Below, piece by piece: positions 1-11,300 of a stretch of DNA of 64,000 nt. Below the pieces are notes generated by a model. It was not told where the DNA came from. It saw nothing but the letters and a program-made list of their open reading frames with translations, and did not search any database. How positions within the stretch are numbered: the first letter of the stretch is position 1; every line of letters begins with the position of its first letter. A program made the position numbers and the translations under genes. Source of the stretch: Nemertoderma westbladi (Eukaryota; Animalia; Xenacoelomorpha); contig JAUCBJ010002315.1 in NCBI GenBank assembly GCA_032718475.1, positions 2,195-66,194 on the forward strand. The letters run 5' to 3'.

Positions 1-1408
1 GTAAAGACGCAGGAAGTAAAGACCCACTGGAAGAAAATAACCACTAGAAATAAAGACCCACTGGTAATAAAGACCCGATGGAAGTAAAGACCCACTGGAA
101 GTAAAGACCCACTGGTAATAAAGACCCGCTGGAAGTAAAGACCCACTGGTATTAAAAGACACACTGGAAGTAAAGACGCTGGAAGTAAAGACCCACTGGT
201 AATAAAGACAGCCACTGAGACAACCACTAGAAGTCAAGACCCACTGGTATTAAAAGACACACTGGAAGTAAAGACGCGCTGGCAGTAAAGACCCACTGGA
301 AGTAAAGACGCAGGAAGTAAAGACCCACTGGAAGAAAATAACCACTAGAAATAAAGACCCACTGGTAATAAAGACCCGCTGGAAGTAAAGACCCACTGGA
401 AGTAAAGACCCGCTGGAAGTAAAGACCCACTGGTATACTAATACCCACTGGAAGTGTAGACCCACTGGTATTAATTGACACACTGGAAGTAAAGACGCGC
501 TGGTAGTAAAGACACACTGGAAGTAATGACCCACTGGAAGTAACGACGCAGGAAGTAAAGACCCACTGGAAGAAAATAACCACTAGAAATGAAGACCCAC
601 TGGAAATAAAGACCCACTGGAAGTAAGACCCACTGCCACTGGTAGTAAGACCCATTGGTAGTAATTACCCACTGTAAGTAAAGACACGCAGGAAGTAAAG
701 ACCCAATGGAAGTAAAGACCCACTGGTAGTAAAGACACACTGGAAGTAAAGACCCGCTGGAAGTTATAGACCCGCTGGATGTAAAGACCCACTGGTATTA
801 AAAGACACACTGGAAGTAAAGACACGCTGGAAATAAAGACCCACTGGAAGTAAAGACGCGGGAATTAAAGACCCGCTGGAAGAAAAAAACCTACTTGAAG
901 TAAAGACCCACTGGAAATAAAGACCCACTGGAAGTACGACCCACTGGTAGTAAGACCCACTGGTAGTTGGACCCAATGGTAGTAAGAGCCACTGGAAGTA
1001 AAGACCCTCTGAAAGTAAAGACCCGCTGGAAGTAAAGACCCACTGGTAGTAAAGACAGCCACTGAGACAACCACTGGAAGTAAAGACCCGCTGGAAGTAA
1101 AGACGCGGGAAGCAAAGACCCACTGGAAGCAGTGGCGTACCGAGGGTTTCATGCGCCCGGGGGCAACTAACAAAATTTTTGCCCCCCCCCCCCAAAAAAA
1201 AAAAATAATATAAAAGTAATGTATTTTTTAAATTAAAAAGTAAAACCCGCTGGTAGTAAAGACCCGCTGGAAGTATAAAGATGCGGAAAGTAAAGACGCA
1301 CTGGTAGTATAGACCGCTGGAAGTAAAGACCCACTGGAAGTAAAGACCCGTTGGAAGTAAAACCCACTGGAAGTAAAACCCCCTGGTAGTAAAGACCCAC
1401 TGGTAGTA
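1..1408. repeat. ~17-bp minisatellite (GACCCACTGGAAGTAAA and variants) with irregular higher-order blocks; runs off the window start
   Basis: The unit recurs continuously. The block GTAAAGACGCAGGAAGTAAAGACCCACTGGAAGAAAATAACCACTAGAAAT recurs near 1, 302 and 540. The minus-strand ORFs 227-1485 are its translations. Confidence 0.95.
1130..1205 (+). mobile_element. Single end of a non-autonomous DNA transposon interrupting the minisatellite
   Basis: Abrupt switch to CAGTGGCGTACC...GCGCCCGGGGGCAA...poly-C poly-A, a common MITE terminus style. No matching other end was found. Confidence 0.45.
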
Positions 1409-1548
1409 TGTATATACGTACGTTTCGGCCTATCAGGCTTCTTAAGTAGCGCTAATAGGTTAAACCACTCTCCCCTGACATCCACCTTTCTATTTATTCT
1501 ACTTCTACTGAACAGGCAGTGTTCAGTTGCATATCCTATCTTATCTAT

Positions 1549-1582
1549 CTGAAGAAGCCTGATAGGCCGAAACGTACGTATA
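1549..1582 (+). ncRNA. Minimal type I hammerhead-ribozyme-like motif (Penelope pLTR type); inverted copy at 1413-1446
   Basis: CTGAAGA-A-GCCT-GAT-AGGC-C-GAAA-CGTACG-TA: CUGANGA box, stem II, GAAA box, palindromic stem III (ACGTACGT), GUA triplet. Stem I and the pair closing stem II are imperfect. Confidence 0.6.
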
Positions 1583-3444
1583 ACGCTGGTTCAACCCCCG
1601 GTACGCGCTTTCTCATTTTTTTCACTTTCTGAACAACTTATTACAATTGCATTCATTAAAGTTGCATTAACAGCTCAACTACAATTTAACTTAAATAAGG
1701 ACCTGAGGGAAATGTAATATATTCGCGGAAAGTAATGACAGACAGACTAACAGACAGCTGTATATGACATAACATCGGACAGACATGTAGACAGTATATA
1801 CACACCGAATAAATAGACATACCGAATTTGTTAAAAATCTTGTTTGCTATTATTTTTTCACAAAAATCTCACATAAATTGATGGATAGGATAACAAGATG
1901 GATTAGTCCCTGCTTGGTATCTCCTCTCTGGAAGAGATTATCTTAAGTTTAATGTCGGGGGGGGGGGGGGGGGGGGGGGGTCTCGTACCGCCAGTGATAT
2001 TGCTGTAAGGGAGCATTTTATCACAAACAAATGTGAGGGCTGATCCTTCTCGGAAAGTATGTCACTAGAGCACCAAGTACGGGCTCACTACTGCATACCG
2101 ATATTCTAGACTGCCCCAACCCTATACTATTAAACTAACTCTCCTATTGGATAGCCATCACGAACGATAGTATAATGTGTCCACCAAATCAAAACTTTAC
2201 CGTGGGGTCTTTGGTGCCTATAGCCAGTTTAATTTTATCTGCCACCCTCTATTCTCATTTTGACAACATGTAAGTAAACAAAACTTCAGTTCTGGAACAT
2301 GTTTCAAACATAACATGAACAGTTTACGCATATAGAGGGAAAGGTCCCGAATACGCCAGTATTTTATCCTTAATCATTAGGGTGTGGACCGCAAACTGTT
2401 TATCTAATTCAATTAAATTATTATCTCCCATTAAAATAATTACAGATAACAAACAAATAACAATTACATAATGATTTGAAGACAATTAATACTGCTATAT
2501 CTCGGTAACAATATATCACGTTTGTATTTGTCCTTGTATTTCCTTAAAGGAAATACAAGGACAACTACAACTAATACAGATAACAAATACTATACATACA
2601 ATAACAACTGCTGTATCACGAGCCGGTGAATGATCTGTGTGGGGCGAGCCACGAAGTGAGTGAGCCTTAGCGTAGTGGTACCATTAATCAACCTGTCGTT
2701 CTGTCGTTCTGTCGCGTTTTTTTTCAGTATTTTATTTTAAACGTTAATAACTCGGCCAATCCTTGATGAAATCTATCCAAACTTGGTACACATGTTGTTT
2801 GGCAAAAGTTTGAAAATTTTCCAAGTAGAATTTGCGTGGGGCCTTCGTGCAGCATCAGTGTAACTGTTATTGTAGTTATAATATATTTATTTATCCAAAA
2901 TTAACATGCGTTAAATTATTATTACTGTAGGATAAATCAGCTGGTTTTCTGACAAATTTTGCAAAACATAGGGGCTGTCTGCCAATCTGCATGTACCATT
3001 TGTACCGGTACTGTCAGGCTGTACTCAATTCCTGAATCGAGAATTCTGCAATCAGTCAATACTGCAATACAGGTCAGCCGGTACCATACACTGCAGACAT
3101 GCCATATCATGTAATCTAAACATGGCCCCGGAAACCCTTGCGGTGATTATAGTTTAGGCCTAATTAGCCTAGTACCGGTAATAATAATATAATAGTTTAG
3201 ATAGTTCAGTAGTTACCGCTAATCATTCAGTCATTGGCACGGTACACCGTATTGCTGTACTGCCGTTGTAGTGCGCACCGTAGGTACCACCCATGCGTAG
3301 GCTGACTGTGCTGATTATGGTACTGTCAGACTGTGGTACCTAAGCTATATACTGTTAGGTATATTGCTGTATTGGGGTGGGGTTAGGAATAATCCATTTG
3401 TTTTAGCATTGAACTGTTGAATCCCCTTATTTATTATAAAACCA

Positions 3445-4074
3445 TTGGAAATATTCGCAAATGCCGCTCCATTACTGTCTGAAACGCTCCCGACAGTCCG
3501 ATGTATCTGGACCCGAGCAGCCGAGTTGCTTCAAGAGGTGATTAACGGGGGAATACTACGGAATTGCTTGTTTGTCAGTACGATTCTATTTGGGTATTTA
3601 CTACACTCAGACACTGGGAATACGGCGGTCGGTCAGATCGTAATGCGGGCCACTGCCAAGTTCATCATGCCTCACTCCGGTCACCCACCTTGGAGTGCGG
3701 TGGGAAGAGTCCCACTTACTGACTTACGTCGACGACTGGACGAATCGACGAGGATTGCGATCTGGGTTTAGCGGCGGCCCGGATCCTGGGATCGCCTGGG
3801 GGAAATGGTTGAACGTTGGGCAGACGTGATCGCACTGGATTACGTTCTCTGTGACGCGAAAGTGTGAAGCGAATTCGTTGTCGAATTGGGTCGGAAGCTG
3901 CGGGAATTCTACTGTTCTACGGGAGTAAACCGCAGCGGTCCGGTGACTACGGACGGATACTACTGGGATAAGCAGGTATTTCGATCGAGTTTCTCGTATT
4001 CTCGATGCTCGAGGCGGATAGAGAGTTGGTTGTGTTGGGCGGTGTTGTTCAATTCTATCAAACATATTAAATAA
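3445..4074 (+). pseudogene. Degenerate ~210-codon reading frame of unknown origin (two in-frame stops)
   Basis: ORFs 3445-3771 and 3886-4074 share one frame and are bridged by RRPGSWDRLGEMVERWADVIALDYVLCDAKV*SEFVVE. GC/CpG-rich island in AT-rich flanks. No family recognised. Confidence 0.3.
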
Positions 4075-4196
4075 TTGGTAAAATAATAAAAACACACCAG
4101 ATAAAGATACTGAGCTTATGGTAAAGAGATAGGCCGAACTTACAATTTCCAAATAGATTGTTCATATAATAAATATATTTTTGGTATTTGATTTCA

Positions 4197-4455
4197 AGAT
4201 AGGGGGGGGGGGGGGGGGGGAACTGGACGCAATAAAAATTCATCCCTCTCCAGGGGAAATTGGACGCAAATAACAACAGCTGATTACTCTCAAAAATAAA
4301 ACTGTAACCTGTTCTATTGTGTTTACTTTATTGTTTTGGTTAAAATAACGTGCCACTGTAACCTGCTCCTTTCCCAAAATTTAGAAATTAATATTGAGGC
4401 GGGATATTAATTCGCCAAGATGGGATTTGCGTCCAGTCCCACCCCCCTCCTATCT
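4197..4455. mobile_element. MITE family A, copy 1
   Basis: TIRs AGATAGGG(G)n-AACTGGACGCA / TGCGTCCAGTCCCACCCCCCTCCTATCT. An inverted homolog lies at 15251-15497. Confidence 0.75.
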
Positions 4456-4559
4456 CTTGATTTCACTAAAAAATAGAATACATTGCATTTTACTGTTATA
4501 ATTACTGTATTGAATAAAATAATTAATTGATTGTTTATTAAACCGTGCTAAGCACGTTG

Positions 4560-4880
4560 AACTGGAGCTCTAACAATTCCCCACTAGCGGCAGACAGGAA
4601 CTGTAAAAGTCTCTGTAGAATTTCTAATTAAGCAATGCTCTTAGGTAACTACTACTAAATTTCAGATGAATCTGATCGTTGGTTCTATAATTACAGCTAT
4701 TTTTACGTTTCTGTTAATTCGCCCCCTAGCGGCAGACCGGGGAACTGTAGAAGTCTGTCTGTGTGTAGAATTTCTAAATTTTTTTAAAGACTACAAGTGT
4801 ACCAAGTTTGGTTCCATTTCATCCATGATTGACCGACTTATTAGCGTTCAAACATTCCTGCCACGAATAAAAGCTGCAGG
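4560..4880 (-). mobile_element. Fragment of a DINE/HINE-like repeat carrying a CTCF-like motif
   Basis: Contains TGTACCAAGTTTGG, the reverse complement of the CCAAACTTGGTACA core of the other copies, and a duplicated CTAGCGGCAGAC block. TCGCCCCCTAGCGGCA at 4719-4734. Confidence 0.4.
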
Positions 4881-5470
4881 AACTCGAGCGATAATTAATT
4901 TATTTATTATTAAATACTGTTTCAATTAAATTCGTTACGAAAATCTAGTCATCTTCTTTTAAATATGGACCCTGCATTCATGGAAAATATAATATTTGAT
5001 AATTCATCAGTCAGCCTACGCTAATTTCACAGCAAAGTCCTTGTCATGGCCTGTGTGTAGTAGGCCATGGTACCACCCTACTACCGGTACCGGCTGACCG
5101 GTGGCAACTAGCACTTGCACAGCAACAGCCCTACCGGCGATACACAGGTTGGAATTTATGTAGAGTTTGCTCAATAGTACAGATATAAAATAGTTATCTA
5201 AATTATCTATATTACTATTGAAAAGTATTGAAATATATACTGTTATTCGTATTTGCAACATCTGACATTGAAGAGGTGAGAGAAGATGAATACCGGCACT
5301 CAACAAAACCAACACTTATCACAGGTCGGTATGGTTACCTCGAAACCGGCGCGACTGTCCACTCGAATACAACTTCAAAACACAAACGACAACAATAAAC
5401 TGAAAGCGAATCGAACGTCTTCAGAAGAATCTGTCATTGGGACGAAGAAAAGGAAGCCGAAACCACGGGA

Positions 5471-5630
5471 ATGGAGTAATGGACCACAGCTAAGATTGAC
5501 TGCTCCCATTGTCAGAGTTCCTGGACCGAAATTGAAACACCAATTGCCGATGGGCTTGATCTCTCAAACCAAAACTTCCTCTGCGGGGTTTGCGCGGCAG
5601 TAAAGATTGAAAGTCTGGAAGCTGGCATCC
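5471..5630 (+). pseudogene. C4 zinc-finger plus coiled-coil start, resembling the N-terminus of CR1/L2-type LINE ORF1
   Basis: A frame absent from the ORF track reads ME*WTTAKIDCSHCQSSWTEIETPIADGLDLSNQNFLCGVCAAVKIESLEAG (CxxC-x23-CxxC). Confidence 0.4.
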
Positions 5631-6393
5631 CTAGGTATTATTATTATAAAGAGCGTCAGCCTGCGTTTAATAAATATATTTTAATACAAAACAGGTCGAA
5701 CGCAAAGAGGCTTATAATGAAGACGAGTACTGCATATAAATATACTATAATATCTACATATATGCTATAAACCACCTGGCTTTGCATATTGAACGTGCGT
5801 TTGGAAATAAGTTCGTGCTACCCTTCCGTGGGTGGTAGATGTCGCGGTTATGTATTGGTGGGTGGGAAGGGAGGGGGGGGGGGGGGGGGGGGGGTGCAGA
5901 TTAAAAGGGGTGAACACGTACTGTCCCCCTTTCTTTGATTAATTGGTGGTGTGGGTTAATCTCTCATAACCTGATTTTGTGATACAGTCGCACAATTTTA
6001 ATTTGTATCTCATAACTGGGCCTCGTGCTGCGCGAAGGCCCCACGAACGTGTAATTCTGTCTGTATTATTGTAATATTGATGATTGGTTCAAGTTGTCAG
6101 TATGGCCAGTGACAAGAAGGTAGTATGGGGTCTGACTGGCTGATAATAAAGTTATTTGTATAGTGAACGTTTTCGACCTCCGACTATAATATAAATATAT
6201 ATAACTGACATTTAAAAATCCTTAAAACTTTTGTTGGGCATAGAGCTTTTGCAAAGTCGGCAATGACGTACAGGTTGTATCGAACACCAATAATAAATTT
6301 AAAAATCCCTCCATCAACTTGTGTTTGTCGATATTTTATTTCATAACTTAATTAATTAAAGTCCCGGTATCACCGGTGCTATACAAATATGCA

Positions 6394-6870
6394 AAGACAG
6401 ACAGGCCGACATCTAGACAGCCAGAGTGACAAATAGACAAACATATAGACAGACAAAGCGACATATAAACAGACTGACAAACAGACAAACATATAGACAG
6501 CCAGAGTGACAAATAGACAAACATATAGACAGACAAAGCGACATATAAACAGACTGACAAACAGACAAACATATAGACAGCCAGAGTGACAAATAGACAA
6601 ACATATAGACAGACAAACCGACATAAAAACAGACTGACAAACAGACAAACATATAGACAGCCAGAGTGACAAATAGACAAACATATAGACAGACAAACCG
6701 ACATATAAACAGACTGACAAACAGACAAACATAGACAACCATCAGAATGACATCTGTCTATTGACAGAGAAACAGACATATAGTATATAGACAGAGAAAC
6801 AGACATATAGTATATAGACAAACAAACAGACAGACCGACAGACATATAGACAGATACATATGATAGACAG
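6394..6870. repeat. (GACA)-derived 80-bp tandem repeat, ~4 copies plus degenerate flanks
   Basis: CCAGAGTGAC recurs at 6421, 6501, 6581 and 6661. Confidence 0.92.
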
Positions 6871-7239
6871 ATAGTATGACAATTTGCAGACCATGGATCT
6901 TATTATGGAGCGAACATTACAAAAACTTACTTATTTTGTCTGTAAACATATAATAACTTCTGATATAATTCAGAATTTCGCGTTCTTCTTAGTTGATGAG
7001 ATAAAAGTAAAATTAATTTTATATTTTCCATTTTTGATCGGAACTCTGAAAATTATTATATATAGATAGATAGATAGATAAGACATAATATGAGATATAA
7101 TGCAAGAGATAATTTTGGACGATTTGACAGTTTTTTTCTCAGCTTTCGTAACTTTGACGTTTACCCCACATTTCAGATTACAAGACAATCTTCAACAGCA
7201 ATTCGCCCACCTCTCCCAGCCACAATTTCACACAATTCA

Positions 7240-7460
7240 TTTTATCCAATGACAAGACGATTTGCCTAACTGCTCTGCCAAGAAGATGGCTCCAAACACT
7301 TTTGATTGGTTGATAAAAACAGGATCACGATGAGCAGTCCATGGGGAACTCTAAAAGTCGGCGGCCAACGGACATCCCGGTATTATTGTTATACGAGTAG
7401 ATAGCTAGTAGTGCTTCTCTAAAACTTGTTATATCTGAGATTCTCATATAAAAGGTAATA
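7240..7460 (+). promoter_or_regulatory. Putative Cdx proximal promoter
   Basis: CCAAT near 7246, ATTGG near 7305, TATAAAAG at 7447-7454, ~170 bp before the ATG at 7622. Confidence 0.4.
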
Positions 7461-7621
7461 TTATAAAAAATATACAGGCAAATAAATCTATATAGGGCCG
7501 CGATAAACCGATAGAATTCTCCACATTTACGATAAACTCAGCCGCCGTGAAAGCGCAATAAACCTACTCATAAGGGAATTTGATCTACTAAACTGAAACT
7601 GTTTATAACATTTTATTCCCA

Positions 7622-8336
7622 ATGTTAATTTCCGAGCGTTCGATCAAGGGAGAGGAGTTATCCTCACAATTGTATCAGTTCAGTGGATCGACAGGCAACT
7701 TAGATCAGCATCTACATTCCGTAACGAACTGCCAAAACTGTCCTCCTCCACCAGCCATGGCGACAGGTGCGCACCAAAAGAGCTGGTCTGGCTACCCGTC
7801 AAGTTACCAAACATTCGCATGCGGCAAGTCTGACATACAGATACCGTGTCCTATAGGAGATCCAGTTATGGAACCAGAGTACTCCTACTACGGGTACTTC
7901 CCAAGTGCTCCTGCCCCCTTCCCTCCTTCCAACGCCCCCTTCCCCCCAGCCAACACCAACTTCACCCATACCAATGCCCCCTTTCCTCCACCTAACACAT
8001 CCTTCCCCTCTTCCAACCATACCCCCACTTTCTCTAATCCGCCATCCACCTCGCCCACTCTCACCGACAAACTGCCCGGTAAATCCTCGCATTGGAGCGA
8101 CTACGTCACATCCACAGGAGCCCAGTACTGCTTCGAACCATCGGCTACCTCGAGCGGGGGCTACAACCCATCCTGGATAAACCCATCGGATCGATTCTCT
8201 GGCGGCTTTCCTCTCTACCTCGGCGGGTCTCAGAGCGGTCACTTCCTGTCGGGTTACAGCGGAAGTGGGTCACAGAGGTACCCCCTACTGGATACCAGAG
8301 AGTCGAGTACCACATACAGAGTCAATCCAAATAACG
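7622..8336 (+). CDS. Cdx: Cdx/caudal homeobox protein, coding exon 1 (Pro/Ser/Tyr-rich N-terminal region)
   Basis: Long P/S/Y/G-rich ORF ending ...RVNPNNG at a G|GTGAGT donor (phase 1). It joins in frame to the exon-2 acceptor to give [10 protein letters not shown]. The start codon is not certain (alternative ATG near 7757). Confidence 0.8.
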
Positions 8337-11300
8337 GTGAGTTCATAAATACAGTATTGTGTGAGTCTATAAAGTAAAGTAAAGGGATTTTTTATAGCTG
8401 GGTTGCAACAAATTTAGGTCTTATTTAATTCTTATTTAATTCGGTTACTTAATAAAGGAATTAAATATAACGCAGTCCTTTTTAATTAACGGTACATTTA
8501 ATACGGTTCATAACTGTGACAATGCAATTAACGGTGAGCTTATATAAGTATACTGTAGCGTACAGTATATAATATTTCAATGTATTATTTTTGGGATGAA
8601 AAAGCATTGGTCTGAAGCTGAACATTTTACAAGAATAGGGAATATGTTACGTGTCCTGTTTGATATGGGTAAATAGGGGTCTAACTCATTATATTCTAAA
8701 TGGTGAATATATGGTGAATTTTAACATCCTCACAACCTTAACAAATTCCAAAAATTCCAGCTCGAAAATAATTGAGCAGGAAAATCACCACAAAGAAAAA
8801 AATTGGCTTCATAGTTTATGTGAATTTTGACCATCTCATGGATTTTAATCTCGGGTTTATTTGGTCTATCAGGCGCTGTTTAAAAATATCCCTAACCGCC
8901 GAATTCGACCGTCGTCTAGTTACTAAGTTACCGGTAGTTATTCCATCACACTTTAAGGCAGGGACCTTACGCTAAACAACATTGACCCAGATTCAAGTAG
9001 TCAAATAATGGCGCACATTGGCCAGTTTATCAGCAATAAAGTAATATAGCGGCACTGTATAATTAATCATCTGTGTAGTAGGGTTTTGTATGTAGTAGGG
9101 TGTTTTCCCAACATTTTATATCACTTCTATAACACGATAGATGTGTGGGAACTGTAATTGGTATATAATTATATGTAGTTTATATGGTATAGTTCTAATC
9201 AAATCATTGAGTACATATTACACGCTACACGGTCATCGCTATACTAAGCTATTCTATACCATTAAACAGATGGAGTTTTAGCACCGACACGCAGGTAAAG
9301 AGAGTCGGGATCCCATATGGGAACCTCCTCTGTACTCCAACCATGTTGCCTCCAATTAAATGATTTAGTTTTATAGGTCTTATTCAGGGATTACAGCGGG
9401 TGTCTTTTGATGTGAAGGAATTTAATTGCATGTCTATATGGCCGATGTCTAAGTTAAACACACACTGGTATCTGGTAAACCTAACAACTCTTTTAATTAT
9501 TACCAGCTGCATAATTAGTTCAATCCCTGTCTGCGCTGAGAAACAACCAATGAACAGATTTCAGCATTTCACTTTTAGCTGGAGCTGCACTTATTTAATT
9601 AATTAACCCCTACACATTCGCTAGTAATGTAGTTCAATCCCATAAGCTCTTTTAATCGATGATAAACCAAAATAACAAACATGTTTACCGGTATAGTTAG
9701 TTAGCTGTTCATTTTTTTTCAACTAATTTGAGACTGTGTGTGATAATATGTGTATACGGATGTATCGTGTATATATATGTGCACTCCTACAATTTGTTGT
9801 ATCGTGAAAAGACGAGCACATGGGGGTGTCGGAGGTTAAATGGAACTGTAACCCGATCCGAATCTCGATTCGAGACCGGTTGAATGGGAAACCGCCGATG
9901 TGAATGTATAACTGTTATAACTGATTGGAATTCCGAGAGTGATGCAGCCACTATGGTAGTTAGACAATTTTTGACTTTTTTAGCAAGTCTATTTACTGCA
10001 CATAAGTCCAGGGTTAGGGCTTTCTTCACCTCTGCCGCAAGTTCTATAAATCTATTTAATAACACAATGAAACACTCGTTCCCGCAATCCCCGCTACGCC
10101 AGTTCAGATTACTGGAACCCAACCCCCCCCCCCCCCCCCCCCCCCCCCCCACTCCCCATCAATGTTTGTATATTCAATGAATAAAATTTGTGATTAGCGC
10201 AATAGGCATCAGTTCTCGTAAAATTTAATATCATCTGTCGATTTCACTATTCTGCTTTGTGGGAAGTTACCCAGCGGCACAGACACGCTTCTTGTGCTCT
10301 CAATTAATGAAGTGCACCAAAGGTGCTATAAATACCAGTTAAAGTCGTCGTCTTTCTTTCTTTCTTTCGTCTTGTTCGGTCTTTTGATGTGACGTTTAAT
10401 GCCATACGGATTTAAATTAATGTTGTTTAGTGAAGCGAATATAACTAAACAATACGATATTGCGGGAGCTTTATTTGCCAGTGTTTTATATAACATAAAA
10501 CCTGCGTTATAACCAATTCGATAGTAGATAATTATCTCCCAGTAATAAAATAATATATCTTTAATTGCTTCTCAAGGGACTCGGGCACCCCAAAAATTAA
10601 TATCAGTCTGAAAAAACAATTCAAAATAAGTATTAAGTGCCATAATTATTTAGTGAAGGGTGTTTTTTTCTATGTTAGAATAAAATATTTTTGAAGCTTT
10701 ATATACGATTTCGAAACCGTAGTACCGTCATCGGTATCGGTATTCATATCACCGGACTCCACCATTGGAACTGGATCCCGAATACCGAAGGGGATGGAGC
10801 CTGTTACTATGGTGATAGTAAAGTAAAAAACTGAAGTCAAGAATAAGCAGCTATGTAATAGTAATTTTACAGATTTTATAACTGAGTTTGTGTGGGCCAG
10901 CCGCCCAATTCGCATATCGTTCACATCCAAAACCAAAAATTATATCATTTATCAAATCCTACACACATACAAATAATTAATTTCCATTTAATTTCCAAAA
11001 AATTATAGGAGATTCACCATTACTCTCATAATAATAGAACATAAAATGGACACCTACAAAGGGAGACACCGCCGGGAGTACTGAGACCCACCACAGAGAT
11101 ACTAAACATGTCTGCTGAAGCGAAAATCATTTAGTTACATTTCTACACATATTGGAGTTGTGAATATTTCTGTACGGAGCACAACTTTCCCACAAATATC
11201 CCGACCCGCTATGTATCAAAGAAAATGTCTACCCATGGGTGACGTAGGCACTCCCACCAGCACAAGTAAACCTCTTAAAATATTAAATTAATCGGCTGTT

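Larger units (their letters stand above)
2636..6052 (+). mobile_element. Helentron/DINE-like non-autonomous element, copy 1 (3' end truncated, large unrelated interior)
   Basis: 2638-2850 is homologous to 23830-23875 plus 24920-25045 (shared ATCTATCCAAACTTGGTACA...TGTTGTTTGG...AATTTTCCAAGT...GGCCTTCG). 5893-6050 is homologous to 25709-25885. A CTGTCGTT microsatellite follows the 5' terminal motif. Confidence 0.6.

Noticed and set aside
227-1485. Multiple overlapping minus-strand ORFs (LLPVGLYFQWVFTSSGS repeats)
   Set aside because: Translations of the 17-bp minisatellite, open in several frames at once.
5286-5603. 105-aa basic ORF with an NLS-like KKRKPK
   Set aside because: No recognisable domain; the overlapping frame with the CxxC pairs explains the region better.
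6348-6845. Cys/Val/Leu-rich ORFs that look like membrane proteins
   Set aside because: Translations of the (GACA)-based 80-bp repeat.
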